This document shows, in pieces, positions 21,243 to 32,330 of a stretch of DNA of 64,000 bases (its first letter is position 1; the number at the start of each line of letters is the position of its first letter). The stretch covers positions 32,001 to 96,000 of the forward strand of contig CAWFAD010000007.1 of assembly GCA_963813815.1 (NCBI GenBank), given 5' to 3'. This DNA is from an uncultured bacterium (GTDB lineage: Bacteria; Krumholzibacteriota; Krumholzibacteriia; Krumholzibacteriales; Krumholzibacteriaceae). A program made the position numbers and the translations under genes. The notes under the pieces were generated by a model. The model searched no databases, had not been told where the DNA came from, and saw only the letters and a program-made list of their open reading frames with translations.

Positions 21243-21349
21243 TGACGTATTCGGAGTTCTATGATATATACCTCGTGAGAGACGCATCAGAACGTTATTC
21301 AACAGCCGGTTGCGTCATCGAGGACAAAGAGGAATCGGGCCTTTTCCGC

Positions 21350-22291
21350 TTGAGGAAGAAGATAAGAAGATGGGGCGCGTATCTGCTCGTGAATGCGCTC
21401 ATCTCTGCCACGAGGGTCATGCCGCGGCGCGCGGGGCTCTCGTTTTTCTCGTTCCTCGGCGGAGCGGCGTTTCGGCTCTACCGCCGGGACCGGGAGCGCG
21501 CTCTCGCCAACATCGCTCTCGCGTTTCCCGGAAGCGATCCGCTCGTCGTCTCGGCGATGGCGAAGGGATCGTTCGTCGCCGTCGCGCGCAGCGCGTACGA
21601 CGCTTTTCGACTCGTGCATCTTTCGAGGGAGCAGGTGCTCGAGCTCTGCGACGTTGAAGGCGAGGAGCACCTTTCCGAGGCCTCCCGCGGGGGCAACGGG
21701 GTCGTCGCCCTGACGGGGCACATCGGCTGCTGGGAGCTTCTCGCGGCATATTTCGCGGGAAAGGGATACGCGGTGAGCGTGGTGTACCGGGAGATGCGGG
21801 ACAAGCGCCTCGAGGACATGCTCGTCGGCATGCGGCGCCGCCACGGGATCGCCTCGATCCCCCGGGGAGCGGGCGCCGTCTCGGCGTTCAAGGCCCTCAA
21901 GCGCGGCGAAATCCTCGCCATGCTCATCGATCAGGATATCGACGTCGACGGCGTGCTTCTGCCGTTCTTCGGCGTTCCGGCGCATACGCCGCGGGGCGCG
22001 GCCGCGTTCGCCCTTCGCAGCGGCGCGCCGGTCGTGCCCGTCGCCATTCATCTGCTGCCGGACGGCCGCCATCGCATCACCTTCCTGCCGCCGCTCGAGC
22101 GGCCCGGATCCGCGCTTTCGGAAGGGGACGCGGTGGACGAGCTCACCGGGCGCTGCTCGGCGGCCATCGAGCGGCTCATCCGGATGTATCCGCAGCAATG
22201 GGTGTGGTTCCACGACCGCTGGCGCAGATCGCGCCCGTCCGGGGCCGCGCACGCGGGGAACCGCTCCGAGGGAGGGAATTGTGCCGCGTAA
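21350..22291 (+). CDS. LpxL/HtrB-family lipid A acyltransferase (start uncertain)
   Basis: ANIALAFP, GHIGCWE, LIDQD, PFFG, IRMYPQQWVWFHDRW. Confidence 0.9.
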   Translation: MRKKIRRWGAYLLVNALISATRVMPRRAGLSFFSFLGGAAFRLYRRDRERALANIALAFPGSDPLVVSAMAKGSFVAVARSAYDAFRLVHLSREQVLELCDVEGEEHLSEASRGGNGVVALTGHIGCWELLAAYFAGKGYAVSVVYREMRDKRLEDMLVGMRRRHGIASIPRGAGAVSAFKALKRGEILAMLIDQDIDVDGVLLPFFGVPAHTPRGAAAFALRSGAPVVPVAIHLLPDGRHRITFLPPLERPGSALSEGDAVDELTGRCSAAIERLIRMYPQQWVWFHDRWRRSRPSGAAHAGNRSEGGNCAA

Positions 22292-22895
22292 GCGTCGAAC
22301 GGTCCTCGAGAGCGGCCTGCTGCCGCTCGCCTGCGCGCTCGTCGCGCTCGTCGCGCTCGCCCCGTCCTGCCAGCGGGGGGATTCGGAGAGCGGCACCGTC
22401 GCCACGACGGATGTGCCGGATCAGGAGTTCTCCGATTTCACGACGGTCGAGAGCGATTCGGGGCGCGTCCGCTGGCGGCTCATCGCGCCCGTCGCGCGGC
22501 TCTACAACGCCCGCAATCTGCTGGCCGCGGACGAGCCCCATATCGAGTTCTACGACGAAACAGGAATGCTCACCTCCGTGCTCACGGCGGATAAGGGCGA
22601 GTACAACCAGGTTACGCACGACCTCACGGCGCTCGGGCACGTCGTCATCACCTCGCAGGATGGGTACGTGCTCGAGACCGAGAGCCTCGTTTGGGTCAAC
22701 GAGCTGAATGAAATCCACTCCGAGAATTTCGTCACCTTCACGCGGGGCAGGGACGTGCTCACGGGGTACGGGCTTCGGGGCGATCCTGAGCTCCGGAACG
22801 TGGAGATCCAGCGCGACGTCAAGGCCTATCTCCGCGACGACGAGGGGATTCTGAGACAGGAGTTCGAAGGGGATGCCGGAAGCGGGGGGCGTTAG
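22281..22895 (+). CDS. lptC: LPS export periplasmic protein LptC (lipoprotein-like N-terminus)
   Basis: Hydrophobic leader ending [29 protein letters not shown] beta-jellyroll pattern; upstream of lptB. Confidence 0.8.
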   Translation: MPRKRRTVLESGLLPLACALVALVALAPSCQRGDSESGTVATTDVPDQEFSDFTTVESDSGRVRWRLIAPVARLYNARNLLAADEPHIEFYDETGMLTSVLTADKGEYNQVTHDLTALGHVVITSQDGYVLETESLVWVNELNEIHSENFVTFTRGRDVLTGYGLRGDPELRNVEIQRDVKAYLRDDEGILRQEFEGDAGSGGR

Positions 22896-22896
22896 C

Positions 22897-23670
22897 ATGG
22901 AAGCGGTTCGCGGCGAGAGCGCCGGCGGCCTCGCGCCGTCGGCGGAAGGCACGGGCCTCTCCTGCGAGCGGCTCGTCAAGGTGTACGGAAAGCGGCGCGT
23001 CGTCAACGAGGTTTCCATCGAGGTCCGCCGCGGCGAGATCGTCGGGCTGCTCGGGCCGAACGGCGCCGGCAAAACGACCTGCTTCTACATGCTCGTCGGG
23101 ATGATCCGCCCCGAGGAGGGCAGAGTGCTGCTCGGCGGCGAGGAGATCACGAAGCTTCCGATGTACAAGCGCGCGCGCAAGGGGATCGGCTACCTGCCTC
23201 AGGAGGCCTCGATCTTCCGGCGGCTCTCCGTCGAGGACAACGTCATGGCGATCCTCGAGACCATCGGCATCGACAAGGCGGAGCGGCGCCTCCGGCTCGA
23301 ATCGCTCCTCGCCGAGCTCGGCACGGAGCATCTGCGCCGCAGCTACGGCTACCAGCTCTCGGGCGGGGAGCGCCGCCGCGTCGAGATCACCCGCTCGCTC
23401 GTCACCGAGCCGGCGTTCATGCTTCTCGACGAGCCGTTCGCGGGCATCGATCCCATCACGGTTCAGGACCTCCAGGGGATCGTGCGCAAGCTCAAGGAGC
23501 GCGGGCTCGGCGTGCTCATCACCGATCACAACGTTCGCGAGACGCTTTCGATCACGGATCGCGCTTACATCCTCTACGAGGGGAAGATCCTCCGGTCGGG
23601 CACGGCCGACGAGCTCGCGAACGATCCCGATATTCGAGAGATATATCTGGGCGAGGCCTTCAGACTCTAA
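22897..23670 (+). CDS. lptB: LPS export ABC transporter ATPase
   Basis: [53 protein letters not shown]. Confidence 0.97.
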   Translation: MEAVRGESAGGLAPSAEGTGLSCERLVKVYGKRRVVNEVSIEVRRGEIVGLLGPNGAGKTTCFYMLVGMIRPEEGRVLLGGEEITKLPMYKRARKGIGYLPQEASIFRRLSVEDNVMAILETIGIDKAERRLRLESLLAELGTEHLRRSYGYQLSGGERRRVEITRSLVTEPAFMLLDEPFAGIDPITVQDLQGIVRKLKERGLGVLITDHNVRETLSITDRAYILYEGKILRSGTADELANDPDIREIYLGEAFRL

Positions 23671-23691
23671 ATCAAGAGAGGAACCGCTGCC

Positions 23692-25185
23692 ATGGACATG
23701 AAGATCGGACTCCACATGGGGCTTCAGCAGCGTCTCGTGATGACGCCGAAGCTGCAACAGGCGCTGAAGCTGCTCCAGATGCCGACGATCGAGCTCCAGC
23801 AGGTCCTCAAACAGGAAATGCTCCAGAACCCCCTTCTCGAGGAGATCGAGGATCAGGATCTCGAGATGGAGGAGGAAGAGCCCCGGGAGGCTCCCGAGGA
23901 GAGCGCCCAGAGCGAGGAGCAGGAGGCGAAGGCGAAGGAGGTCGAGGCGGAAGGGGCCTCGGAGGAGACCAAGAAGGAGCAGATCGATTTCGACGATTAC
24001 TTCGAGTCGAGCTTCGGCGCCGGCGACGGCTTCGCGAACGAGGAGGGGCGGGAGGATTTCGTCGAACGGGTTCCCGTCGCCAAACAGAGCTTTTCCGAGT
24101 TTCTCCTGAGCCAGCTCCGGCTCGTGACCGACGACCAGCGGACACGCGACATCGGGGAGTATCTCATCGGCAGCCTCGACGATTCGGGGTACCTCACCTG
24201 TACGCTCGACGAGGTGGCCGAGACCTTCCGCGACGGCGACCCGGGAAGCGACGAAGACAAGCAGAAACGGATCGAGGAGATCGAGCGCGTTCTCAAGATC
24301 ATCCAAGGTTTCGATCCGATCGGCATCGGCGCCCGAAATCTCAAGGAATGCCTCCTCATCCAGCTCGAGGCGAGAGGGCTCGGCGAGAGCTTCGCGGCCC
24401 GCATCGTTCGCGACTACTTCGAGGAGTTCAAGCAGAAGAAATACCTCGATCTCAGCCGGGCGCTCCGCGCGCCGCTGCGCGAGATCCAGGAGCAGGCGCA
24501 GATCATCGGGAGCCTCAACCCCAAGCCCGGCCTCGACATTCTCGTCGACGAGCCGAAGTACGTGATCCCCGATCTCATGGTCGACCGGGTGGGCGACCGC
24601 TACGTCGTTTCGCTCAACGACCACAACGTGCCGCGGCTGCGCATCAGCCAGTCGTACCGCGACGAGCTGTCGCAGAACATCGAGCTCGACGAGAAAGCGC
24701 GCGATTTCATACAGGGGCGTCTCAAGAACGCGAAATGGCTCATTCAGACGATCGAGCAGCGCCGGCGAACGATGATCAAGGTCATGGAGGCGATCGTCGA
24801 GGAGCAACGGGCGTTCTTCGACCGGGGCGGCGCATTCCTCAGGCCGCTCACGCTCCAGCAGGTCGCGAGCAAGATCGGGATGCACGAATCGACGGTGAGC
24901 CGGGTGACGACGAGCAAGTACGTTCAAACCCCCCGGGGCGTGTACGAGCTCAAGTATTTTTTCAGCTCGGCGCTCAGCACGGAGGATGGGGACGAGGTGT
25001 CGGCCAAGAGCGCCAAGTTGAAGATCCGCGGCATCATCGAGAAGGAAGACGCTCGAAGGCCCTTGAGCGATCAGAAGATTGCGGATATACTGAAGAAGGA
25101 TGGTCTCATCATCGCGCGGAGAACGGTGGCGAAGTACCGGGAGCAGCTCGGCGTCCTTCCGGCGAGGCACCGGAAGCAGTACTGA
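23692..25185 (+). CDS. rpoN: RNA polymerase sigma-54 factor
   Basis: MTPKLQQALKLLQ, HESTVSRVT, ELKYFF, RpoN box ARRTVAKYRE. Confidence 0.98.
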   Translation: MDMKIGLHMGLQQRLVMTPKLQQALKLLQMPTIELQQVLKQEMLQNPLLEEIEDQDLEMEEEEPREAPEESAQSEEQEAKAKEVEAEGASEETKKEQIDFDDYFESSFGAGDGFANEEGREDFVERVPVAKQSFSEFLLSQLRLVTDDQRTRDIGEYLIGSLDDSGYLTCTLDEVAETFRDGDPGSDEDKQKRIEEIERVLKIIQGFDPIGIGARNLKECLLIQLEARGLGESFAARIVRDYFEEFKQKKYLDLSRALRAPLREIQEQAQIIGSLNPKPGLDILVDEPKYVIPDLMVDRVGDRYVVSLNDHNVPRLRISQSYRDELSQNIELDEKARDFIQGRLKNAKWLIQTIEQRRRTMIKVMEAIVEEQRAFFDRGGAFLRPLTLQQVASKIGMHESTVSRVTTSKYVQTPRGVYELKYFFSSALSTEDGDEVSAKSAKLKIRGIIEKEDARRPLSDQKIADILKKDGLIIARRTVAKYREQLGVLPARHRKQY

Positions 25186-25296
25186 TCGGCGCCCGGACGG
25201 TTCGCGCCGGATGTTCGCGCGGTTTTCCCGTGTGCGATCGAACAGCGGCACCGTTCCCTGCCAGTTCCGGTTGAACGTGGAGCAGGGTATAGATAC

Positions 25297-26217
25297 ATGA
25301 CAGTCTCGACTCGCTCGCGTCGGTCGAAGAGCCTTCCCCGCTGGCTCCAGAGGCGGATCCCGCTCCTCGAGGAGTGTAGCCCCGTCGAAGGCGCCGTCCG
25401 CAGGCACGATCTCCATACCGTTTGCCGCGAGGCGCTCTGCCCGAACCGGGCCGAATGCTACTCCCGGCGCAAGGCTACCTTCATCATCCTCGGAGACACC
25501 TGCACGAGAGGCTGCCGGTTCTGCTCCGTGTCGCGGGGGGAGCCGGGGCCGGTCGATCCGGGAGAGCCGGAACGCCTCGCCCGCGCGGTCGGGGAGCTCG
25601 GATTGCGGTACGTGGTCGTGACCTCCGTCACGCGCGACGACCTTCCCGACGGGGGGGCGGGCCAGTTCGCCGCCGCCGTGCGCGCCCTGAGATCGCTCGG
25701 GCCGGCGCCGGCGGTGGAGGTGCTCGTCCCCGATTTCAAGGGGAGCCCGGAGGCGCTCGCCGCCGTGCTCGAGGCGGGTCCCGATATACTGTCCCACAAC
25801 GTCGAAACGGTCCGGCGCCTCTATCCCGAGGTGCGAAGCGGCGCCGATTACGAGAGATCCTTGCGGTTGCTCGCGGACGCGAAGCGGATCCGAGGGGAGG
25901 TAATGACGAAGTCGGCGCTCATGCTCGGTCTGGGCGAGACGGAGGAGGAGGTGCGGGAAACCTTCCGCGATCTGAGGCTCCGCGATTGCGATTACCTGGC
26001 GGTCGGCCAGTACCTTCGACCGGGGCTGGATCAGGTCCCGGTCCGGGAGTACCTGCCGCCCGAGCGCTTCGATGCCGTCGGGGAAGAGGCGCTCGGCATG
26101 GGTTTCCGCGAGGTGGCCTCGGGGCCCCTCGTGCGAAGCTCGTACCGGGAAAATCGCGTCGAACGACGGACCGGCGAGTTTCACGGGAACAACATAACGG
26201 AGGAGGCACGAGTATGA
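25297..26217 (+). CDS. lipA: Lipoyl synthase
   Basis: CX4CX5C (CREALCPNRAEC), CTRGCRFC, TSVTRDDL.DGGA, HNVETV, GQYL, VRSSY. Confidence 0.96.
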   Translation: MTVSTRSRRSKSLPRWLQRRIPLLEECSPVEGAVRRHDLHTVCREALCPNRAECYSRRKATFIILGDTCTRGCRFCSVSRGEPGPVDPGEPERLARAVGELGLRYVVVTSVTRDDLPDGGAGQFAAAVRALRSLGPAPAVEVLVPDFKGSPEALAAVLEAGPDILSHNVETVRRLYPEVRSGADYERSLRLLADAKRIRGEVMTKSALMLGLGETEEEVRETFRDLRLRDCDYLAVGQYLRPGLDQVPVREYLPPERFDAVGEEALGMGFREVASGPLVRSSYRENRVERRTGEFHGNNITEEARV

Positions 26218-26759
26218 AGCTCACGACAACGGCCCGGCATTTTGATTCGACCCCCGAGCTCGTCGAGTACATCGACGGCCGGATGCGGAAGCTGAAGCGT
26301 TTCTGGGACCATATCCTGAACGTCGACGTGATCATGTCCGTCGAGAAATTCCGCCATATAGCCGAGGTCAAGGTTCACGTGAACGGGCACGATTTCTCGG
26401 CCAAGGAGGAGTCGGACGACATGCGGACCTCGATCGACCGTACGGCCAAGGACCTCGAGCGGCAGATGAAGAAGTTCAAGGGCAAGCTCGTCACGAACGC
26501 CCACAAGCACCGTCGCGGCGGCGCCGCGCCGCAGGCGAGCGAGAGGATCATCGGATCGGCGAGCGTCGGATCCTCCACGGGGCTTGCGATCGCGGAGGAG
26601 GTTCCGCACGAGGTCCGCGACCTCGGCGTCGAAGAGGCGATCGTGCTCATGGAGGACGGCGGGCGCAACTTTCTGCTGTTCAACAACCGCGAATCGGGTA
26701 AACTGAACATCGTTTACCGGCGAGCGGACGGAGACTACGGCCTGATCGAAAAATTCTAG
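26214..26759 (+). CDS. hpf: Ribosome hibernation promoting factor (long form)
   Basis: MKLTTTARH..; C-terminal EEAI..M..F..F.N..NIVYRRADGDYGLIE; GGAGG RBS. Confidence 0.92.
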   Translation: MKLTTTARHFDSTPELVEYIDGRMRKLKRFWDHILNVDVIMSVEKFRHIAEVKVHVNGHDFSAKEESDDMRTSIDRTAKDLERQMKKFKGKLVTNAHKHRRGGAAPQASERIIGSASVGSSTGLAIAEEVPHEVRDLGVEEAIVLMEDGGRNFLLFNNRESGKLNIVYRRADGDYGLIEKF

Positions 26760-26786
26760 GCGAGACGGGCTCGCCAGGCGGTGAGT

Positions 26787-27763
<977 letters not shown>

Positions 27764-27767
<4 letters not shown>

Positions 27768-28171
27768 ACGGAGAAACGCCGGTCGCCGGCATCACGGGAA
27801 TCGTCGTCACGCACGGGAGACTCGCCGAGGAGCTCGTGCGGACGGCGGAGCTCATCGTGGGCGCGCAGAGCGACCTCCACGCCATATCGGGCTCGGATCT
27901 CTGCGACGAGGACGTCGTCCGCAAGATTCGCGACGTCATCGGGGGCCGCGGCGGACGGCCGGTGCTCGTGTTCGTCGACTATTTCGGCGGCTCATGCTGC
28001 ATCAACAGCGTTCGCGCGGTGGAAGGGGAGGCGGGGGTCAAGGTCTTGAGCGGCGTCAATCTCCCCGTCCTCCTGAGCTTCATCACGAAGCGGGGAACGA
28101 TGCCGTATGAAGGCCTCGTCGATCACCTGATCCGGCGGGGGCGGGAAAGCGTGAAGTTGATCGATCTATAG
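27764..28171 (+). CDS. PTS mannose/fructose/sorbose-family EIIA
   Basis: IVVTHG, D.FGGS, SGVNLPVL; ATGA overlap with hprK. Confidence 0.9.
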
Positions 28172-28221
28172 GCCGTTCCGGCGCCCCGGCGCGGGCGCCC
28201 CGGCGTGCAAGGCGGGTTCGC

Positions 28222-28692
28222 GTGATATCGCTCGTTCGGATCGACGACCGGCTCATTCACGGACAGGTCGTTCTCGGCTGGGGAACGGTCCTCAAGCCGG
28301 ACCGTATCGTGCTCGCGGACGACGAGGTCGCCTCGAACGAGTGGGAGAGGGGTCTCTACGCGCAGGGGTGGCCCGACGTCCGCATCTCGATCGTGTCGTT
28401 CGCCGACGCCGCGAAGCAGATAGCGGGCGGCGTCTTCGACCGGGAACGCGTCATCCTCCTCGTGCGGAATCCGCGGGGAGTGATCGCCCTCATGGAGCAC
28501 GGGCTGCCCGTGACCGCGGTGAACGTCGGCGGGCTGCATTTCCGGGAGGGCCGGGAGAAGCTCGCCGAAGGGGTCTATGTCGACGCCGAGGAGCGGGGGA
28601 TTCTCCGGGAGCTCGTCAAGCGGGGCGTGACGCTCGACGGCCGGGCCGTTCCCGGCAGCCCCGCGTCGACCCTCAACGCGCTCGTGGTGTGA
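28222..28692 (+). CDS. PTS mannose-family EIIB
   Basis: RIDDRLIHGQV..W, VNVGGL. Confidence 0.93.
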   Translation: MISLVRIDDRLIHGQVVLGWGTVLKPDRIVLADDEVASNEWERGLYAQGWPDVRISIVSFADAAKQIAGGVFDRERVILLVRNPRGVIALMEHGLPVTAVNVGGLHFREGREKLAEGVYVDAEERGILRELVKRGVTLDGRAVPGSPASTLNALVV

Positions 28693-28693
28693 T

Positions 28694-29404
28694 ATGACGG
28701 TATCGACCGAAACGATCCTCTCCGTGTCCCTCGTCGGCGGAGCGCTCGCGCTCGACGACCGCGCGCACGTGCGGCTGCTGATCTCGCAGCCGATCTGCGG
28801 CGGCCTCGTCACGGGAATCGTTCTCGGCGACTGGCGGGCGGGGTTTCTCGCCGGCGCGATCCTCCAGACGATGTTTCTCGGGGCGGTCCCCGTGCGCGGC
28901 GCGCGGCTTCCCGATCTGCCGCTCGGCGGGGTGATCGCCTCGGCGCTCTATATCCTCGCGCAGCGGGGGATGGACGGCGACGCGGGGGCGCGCGGCTTCG
29001 CGCTCGCCTGCTCGATCATGGCCGGACTCGCCGCCGCCGCCGCGGGGCGCTTCGCGACGCGATGGTGGGAAGACCGGTCCGACGCGTTCGCCGAGGCGGC
29101 CCGGCGCAACGTCGAGAAGGATCGCTGGTGGGCGGCCTCCGCGATCCATTTCTCGACGCTCGCCTTGCATTTTGCGTTCGGTTTCGCGGTCGCGGGGGCG
29201 GCGACGGCCGCTCTCGTTCCGCTCGTTTCGGCGGCGGGCAGGTCGGTCGCGGGGAGCTGGAGCGAGCCGCTCGGGTCGCTCGGAACGCTTCTTCCCTTCA
29301 TCGGGGCCGGGACGCTGGCGGCCGCGAATCTCGCGAGAACGAGGCTGTTCTGGTTTCTCGCGGGCTTCGCCTGCGTGACGCTCGTGCTCTTTTTCAAGGG
29401 ATAA
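28694..29404 (+). CDS. PTS mannose-family EIIC (divergent)
   Basis: Polytopic; SQPICGGLVTGIVLGD..G..G..LQ..FLG..P.RG..PD resembles the IIC N-terminal pattern; position between IIB and IID. Confidence 0.75.
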   Translation: MTVSTETILSVSLVGGALALDDRAHVRLLISQPICGGLVTGIVLGDWRAGFLAGAILQTMFLGAVPVRGARLPDLPLGGVIASALYILAQRGMDGDAGARGFALACSIMAGLAAAAAGRFATRWWEDRSDAFAEAARRNVEKDRWWAASAIHFSTLALHFAFGFAVAGAATAALVPLVSAAGRSVAGSWSEPLGSLGTLLPFIGAGTLAAANLARTRLFWFLAGFACVTLVLFFKG

Positions 29405-29407
29405 CGC

Positions 29408-30235
29408 GTGGCATCCGAAGAGCGGGAACAGGGAATCTGGATCGAGGGCGACGGAGAGAGCCGCCGGACACGCCGGAGCCCGCGCGCGCGCGGCCGGGCG
29501 GGAGCGCTCTGGCGCCTCCTCTTCATGAGCTCTTCCCGCAGCGAGCGCCTCATGGACGCTCCGGGATTCTTCTCCGTGTTCGCGGGGGGGCTCGGAAAGG
29601 ATCGCGCCCGTCTCCGGGACGCGAGGGAGACGGCTCTCCGGCATCTCGGCTACTGCAACGCGGGCGTGTACCTCGCTCCCGTCGTCGCCGGGGTCGTCGT
29701 GAATCTGGAAAAACGGCGCGCGGCCGGAGAGGAAATCCCTCCGGCGGAGGTCGAGCGGATCAAGGCGGCGCTCTCGTCCGTTCTCGCCGCGCGGGCCAAC
29801 CAGTTCTTCGACGCGCTCCTCATTCCGCTCGGATTGACAATCGCGGCGATATTTGCTATCTATGGCTCGTACGCGGGCCCCGCGATCTTCCTCGTGTTGT
29901 ACAATATTTATCATTTCCAATCGAGGATCGGCGGTTACGGACGGGGAGTCGAGCTGGGCGAGAGCGTCGGCGGCGCGTTCGTCGCCCGGCTGTACCGGGA
30001 GACGCGCGTCCTCGAGGGACTCGCGGCGTTCGCGTCGGGCGTGTTCGCCGCGCTGTTGTTCGTGAGGGCGGCGGAGACGGGCGGAGCTCCGTTCGTGGCG
30101 GCGGGCGCCGCCGCGATGGGGGGCGCCGCGGTCCTTGGACGGAAGTTTTCGGCGATCGTCACGGCGTGTCTCGCGGCCGCCGCTCTGGCCGCGTTTCTCG
30201 TCGCGACGTCGTTCATCGCCCTGAGGTCGCTCTGA
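29408..30235 (+). CDS. PTS mannose-family EIID (divergent)
   Basis: LRHL...N..YLAP...G....LE, IK.AL...LA.., GP.IFL.LYN, GY..G. Confidence 0.75.
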   Translation: MASEEREQGIWIEGDGESRRTRRSPRARGRAGALWRLLFMSSSRSERLMDAPGFFSVFAGGLGKDRARLRDARETALRHLGYCNAGVYLAPVVAGVVVNLEKRRAAGEEIPPAEVERIKAALSSVLAARANQFFDALLIPLGLTIAAIFAIYGSYAGPAIFLVLYNIYHFQSRIGGYGRGVELGESVGGAFVARLYRETRVLEGLAAFASGVFAALLFVRAAETGGAPFVAAGAAAMGGAAVLGRKFSAIVTACLAAAALAAFLVATSFIALRSL

Positions 30236-30266
30236 CGGTCGGGATTTCGGAGGCGGGGCGGACGGA

Positions 30267-30539
30267 ATGGTTACCGGGATCGCCAATGTCAAGAACAAGA
30301 ACGGCATCCACCTGCGCCTCGCGGGCGAGCTCGTCAAGGCGGCCACGAGGTTTCACGCCCACGTGACCGTCGCGAAGGACGGCCAGGAGGTGGACGCCAA
30401 GAGCATTCTCGGCGTGGCGGGACTCGGCGCGGAGTTCGGCGCCGAGCTCGAGTTCCGCGCCGAGGGCGTCGACGAGGGCGCGGCCATCGAGTATCTCGTA
30501 TCGCTCGTGGAGAACGAATTCGCGCGGGAGACCAACTAG
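30267..30539 (+). CDS. ptsH: HPr phosphocarrier protein
   Basis: N.NGIHLR (phospho-His), VDAKSIL (regulatory Ser), AEGVDE. Confidence 0.92.
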   Translation: MVTGIANVKNKNGIHLRLAGELVKAATRFHAHVTVAKDGQEVDAKSILGVAGLGAEFGAELEFRAEGVDEGAAIEYLVSLVENEFARETN

Positions 30540-32330
30540 GTGGACGAGGCGAAGATCGAAAAAAAGGAAATGACGTTCAACGGGATCCCCGCGTCCCCCG
30601 GCATCGCGTTCGGGGAGGCGTTCGTCGTGAACGTCGAGGACCAGCCGATCACCGAGGAGCACATCTCCGCGGGGGACGTCGACGCCGAGATCGACAAGTT
30701 CATGGCGGCGCTCGCCGAAACGGAGACGGAGCTCCGCAACCTCCACAAGGCGCTCGAGGACGAGATGGGCGAGGAGCACGGGAAGATCCTCGACACGCAC
30801 CGCATGATCATCGCCGACGAGATCATGAGGGGCGACACGATACGGGCCATCCGCGAGCGCAAGGTCACGGCCGCCTACGCGCTCCATCTCACCATCGAAA
30901 AGGTGCTCACGACCTTCGCGAGCATCAAGGACGAGTTTCTGCGCGAGCGCGCCGAGGATATCCGCGACGTGCGGCGGCGCGTCCTGCGCAATCTCATCGG
31001 CCAGAAGGTCGAGGGCCTCTCCGTGCTCCGGAAGAAGGCGGTCGTCGTGGCGCGCGATCTCACCCCGTCCGACACGGCCAGCATCAACCGGAAGTACTGT
31101 CTCGCCTTCGTGACGGACTCGGGCGGGAGCACCTCGCACGCGGCGATTCTGGCCCGCTCGGCGGGGATTCCCGCCGTCGTCGGCCTCGGCGATCTCTCCC
31201 GGCACGCGAAGCCGTACGATCAGCTCATCGTCGACGGGATCACGGGAACGGTAATTCTCAATCCGAGCGCCGAATCGATCGACCTGTATCGCGAGGTGCA
31301 GGCGCGCTATCGGGAGCTCGACCGCGAGCTGCTGACGCTGCGCGATTATCCCGCCGTGACGCTCGACGGCCACACGATCGAGCTCTCGGCGAACATCGAG
31401 GTTCCGGACGAGGCGGAGGAGGCGGTGAGCCACGGCGCGCGGGGGGTCGGTCTCTTCCGCACGGAGTACTTCTTCATCACGCGCAACACGCTCCCCGGCG
31501 AGGAGGAGCAGTATCGCTACTACGCGAGCGTCGTCAAGCGCATGCCGTCCGATCCGGTCATCTTCCGCACCCTCGACGTCGGAGGAGACAAGATCGCGCG
31601 CTGGGTCGGCGATCTCAAGGAGGCGAACCCGTTCATGGGCTGGCGGGGCATCCGCTTCACGCTCGCGCGCAAGGACATTCTGCGAACGCAGCTCCGCGCC
31701 ATCTTCCGGGCGGCGGCGCACGGCAACGTGAAGATCATGTTCCCGATGGTCTCCGTGCTCGAAGAGGTCCACGCCGCCAAGGAGATCTGTGAGGAGGTCA
31801 AGGAGGATCTCAAGCGGAAGCGGTATCAGATCGGCGAGAAGGCCGAGATCGGGGTCATGATAGAGACGCCCGCCGCCGTCGCGATCGCCGATCATCTCGC
31901 CCGCGAGGTCGATTTCTTCAGCATCGGAACGAACGATCTCGTTCAGTACGCCCTCGCCGTCGATCGCGGCAACACGAAGGTGTCGTACCTGTACGACACC
32001 CTCCATCCCGGCATCCTGCGGCTCCTGCGCGACACGGTCGCCGCGGCCCACAAGCACAAGATCTGGGTCGGCGTCTGCGGCGAGATGCCGGGCAGCATTC
32101 AGGGCTCCCTCATGCTGCTCGGCCTCGGGCTCGACGAGTTCAGCGCCGCGCCCTACCTCATTCCCACGATCAAGAAGATCGTGCGGTCCGTGACGTACGA
32201 CGAAACGCGCTCGCTCGCCCGCAAGGCGCTCGGCATGGGCACCGCGCGCGAGGTCCGCGAGCACATCGAGCGCTACATCCACGAAAAACGGCCCGAGCTC
32301 AGGGAATTTCTCCCGGAGGCGCCTTCATGA
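30540..32330 (+). CDS. ptsI: PTS enzyme I
   Basis: GIPASPGIA.G, TSHAAI, GVGLFRTE, RTLDVGGDK, EANPFMGWRG, SIGTNDL.QY, VCGE. Confidence 0.97.
   Translation: MDEAKIEKKEMTFNGIPASPGIAFGEAFVVNVEDQPITEEHISAGDVDAEIDKFMAALAETETELRNLHKALEDEMGEEHGKILDTHRMIIADEIMRGDTIRAIRERKVTAAYALHLTIEKVLTTFASIKDEFLRERAEDIRDVRRRVLRNLIGQKVEGLSVLRKKAVVVARDLTPSDTASINRKYCLAFVTDSGGSTSHAAILARSAGIPAVVGLGDLSRHAKPYDQLIVDGITGTVILNPSAESIDLYREVQARYRELDRELLTLRDYPAVTLDGHTIELSANIEVPDEAEEAVSHGARGVGLFRTEYFFITRNTLPGEEEQYRYYASVVKRMPSDPVIFRTLDVGGDKIARWVGDLKEANPFMGWRGIRFTLARKDILRTQLRAIFRAAAHGNVKIMFPMVSVLEEVHAAKEICEEVKEDLKRKRYQIGEKAEIGVMIETPAAVAIADHLAREVDFFSIGTNDLVQYALAVDRGNTKVSYLYDTLHPGILRLLRDTVAAAHKHKIWVGVCGEMPGSIQGSLMLLGLGLDEFSAAPYLIPTIKKIVRSVTYDETRSLARKALGMGTAREVREHIERYIHEKRPELREFLPEAPS

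Noticed and set aside
21242..21349. Extended N-termini from the ORF track for the acyltransferase (also pyrG 17439, metK 34390)
   Set aside because: These TTG starts coincide with -35 boxes; conserved domains begin downstream
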